Part shown: one piece after another, positions 62,231-64,000 of the stretch
How the letters are laid out: the number at the start of each line of letters is the position of its first letter
Numbering within the stretch: the first letter of the stretch is position 1
NCBI RefSeq assembly: GCF_000150275.1
Contig: NW_002060943.1
Coordinates: 8,006,066-8,070,065, forward strand
From: Trichoplax adhaerens
Lineage: Eukaryota; Animalia; Placozoa
Length of the DNA: 64,000 nt
Direction: 5' to 3'
The notes under the pieces: generated by a model
The model's database searches: none
The model's input: the letters and a program-made list of their open reading frames with translations, nothing else
What the model was told of the DNA's origin: nothing
Program-made: the position numbers and the translations under genes

Positions 62231-63200
62231 ATCTAAACATAAATGCGGACTACTGTCAATGGCGAAGTGATTTAGAAGTACTCGGTCTAGTTTACTCAAT
62301 GTCTTCCTGAGTTTGTAATATTAAAAAGTCAAAGTTACAGTATCAATCCGCATAAGAAGATACAAGCAATAGTAGAATGGTGATTAGTTACTTAAATTTG
62401 AAATAGTTATAATCATTTCCCGATATTACCGCTTGTATATACAGTAGAATTTGGTGTATAGTCAAGTAGTCAATCTAGACCTGACGTCAATCTAAGGGAT
62501 TGAGCCAAAATCATTTAGGACTCTTGAACTTTGGACAAACTATGTCCATGTTAAACCTACGTTATCCGTTAAGCTGCATACAGTGCAGTATACTATACAA
62601 TAGTATGCGTATAAAATACAGAGGAGTCCAAAATTGACTCTTTCAAACTTCAGTATTAGTATACGTCGTATAACGAAAGAGCTGCAAAGGTTCAATTTTT
62701 CCAATACATAATAGTGAAACATGGCATACAAGAAAAGCGCTGTATCTCATCCTAAACACCGTTCCAAGATGTCATACCTCAAAATGACAAATGACCATTG
62801 ATATGTATCTTACATGTTAGCACTATATGTTATCCATCATCAAGTAGCGAAATGCTGATGATTGCGTGTACAGTAGTTTCGAAAGATTTACGTAATCATT
62901 AGTAAGTATATAATACGAGTAGATAAAGATCAAACAGTCGAAATTTTACAAGACTGATAAAATTATCATTCGTTAGTTCCTCTTGCTAAGATAGAATGGA
63001 AATAATGAATGATATATCTATAAGAATCAAATAACATATTAACAATTCAGTAGATTGCTTATTGTTTACTGATATCGTTATCTTTATTTACAATCGTATA
63101 ATCGATTATCTTATAGCATCTTTGTCAAAGCCATACAATGTCATATAATAACATACACGAATACGTATATATGGGGATGGTGTACAATAACCATTTGTGG

Positions 63201-64000
63201 TTATTCCAGTAAAATTTGATGGTGATCATGTAGATAATTTAATACCTCATCTTTGCTTCGTAAAGAACAGAAAAATTCTCTATCAGATTTGCAAGTAATT
63301 TTTTCTAACATGAATATTAGATGACGATGAAAAGGAGTAAAGTGAGTTTCCAGTTCAGAAGTAATTCGTACGAAATCTTCCACACAGCATATAGGGGTTT
63401 TACTATATCCAGCATATAAGGCTGGATTGCGAAGAATACCTCTAGCTGACATGACGCCATCGACATTAGTCTTATCATAGATTTCTTGGGCATCATCAAC
63501 TGTGAATACATTGCCATTTGCAATGACTGGAATGCTTACACTATCTTTGATTGTCTTAATAGCATCGTAGTGAACAGGTGTATGCTTTTCAGAGGTCGTA
63601 CGTCCATGTACAGTTATCCATGAAACACCCGCAGCTTCAGCCTTTCGACACAAGTCCACCGTGGTATTAATATCATTATGAATTCTTATTTTGATAGAAA
63701 TTGAGAAATTTTCGTTACAAATTTTCGATCGCGTATGTCTTACCATTTCCTTCACCAACTCGGGATGATTAATTAGATGTGCGCCGTAACCTTCATGCAT
63801 AGCCCACCTCTGTGGACATCCGCAGTTTAAATCGACACCATCTGCGTATGGAACAATCAGTTCTGTTGCATCCGCTAAATCGAATGCATTACTAGCTGCA
63901 AACTGGACTATCAACGGCCTATCGGATGCAACCGTTGTGAATTCGCTAGCACGAGCTTTTTCTGATTTAATAAACGACTCTGATATAATCATGGGCGTAA
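63201..64000 (-). CDS. DUS4L: tRNA-dihydrouridine synthase 4-like; 5' part beyond window end
   Basis: Uninterrupted frame TPMI..DRPLIVQFAA..GVDLNCGCPQRWA..GYGAHL..SIKIR..ITVHGRT..PVIANG..DGVMSARGILRNPALY. DLNCGCPQRWA and FHRHL are typical of DUS4. Confidence 0.93.
   Translation of the reverse strand, partial: TPMIISESFIKSEKARASEFTTVASDRPLIVQFAASNAFDLADATELIVPYADGVDLNCGCPQRWAMHEGYGAHLINHPELVKEMVRHTRSKICNENFSISIKIRIHNDINTTVDLCRKAEAAGVSWITVHGRTTSEKHTPVHYDAIKTIKDSVSIPVIANGNVFTVDDAQEIYDKTNVDGVMSARGILRNPALYAGYSKTPICCVEDFVRITSELETHFTPFHRHLIFMLEKITCKSDREFFCSLRSKDEVLNYLHDHHQILLE

Overview
AT-rich, intron-dense animal genomic DNA with mostly 70-150 nt introns. A compact early-branching metazoan, most likely a placozoan (Trichoplax-like), is my inference from composition and gene structure. 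Eight protein-coding genes can be read exon by exon with no frame breaks seen: a DOCK-D/zizimin GEF (minus, runs off the window start), IFT81 (+), an NCKX/SLC24 exchanger (+), an RSRC1-like SR protein (-), a sigma-class GST (-), RPL8 (+), a MAP4K4/TNIK/MINK1 (misshapen) kinase (-) and DUS4L (-, runs off the window end). The main surprise is in the apparently empty 13 kb between IFT81 and SLC24. Hand translation of the minus strand shows a roughly 9.6 kb, intron-containing, heavily decayed gene for a receptor: a hydrophobic N-terminus, many cadherin repeats, a possible TM segment and a cytoplasmic tyrosine phosphatase domain. This architecture is best known from choanoflagellate/sponge lefftyrins. 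Two further intergenic stretches hold probable decayed ankyrin-repeat and protein-kinase genes. Other signals: a strongly over-represented TACTGTACAGTA palindrome family, mostly upstream of genes; three degenerate tandem arrays; two GC-AG introns; a TCT/TOP start for RPL8; and an ARE-like cluster upstream of the GST. All calls are by eye, with no database searches.
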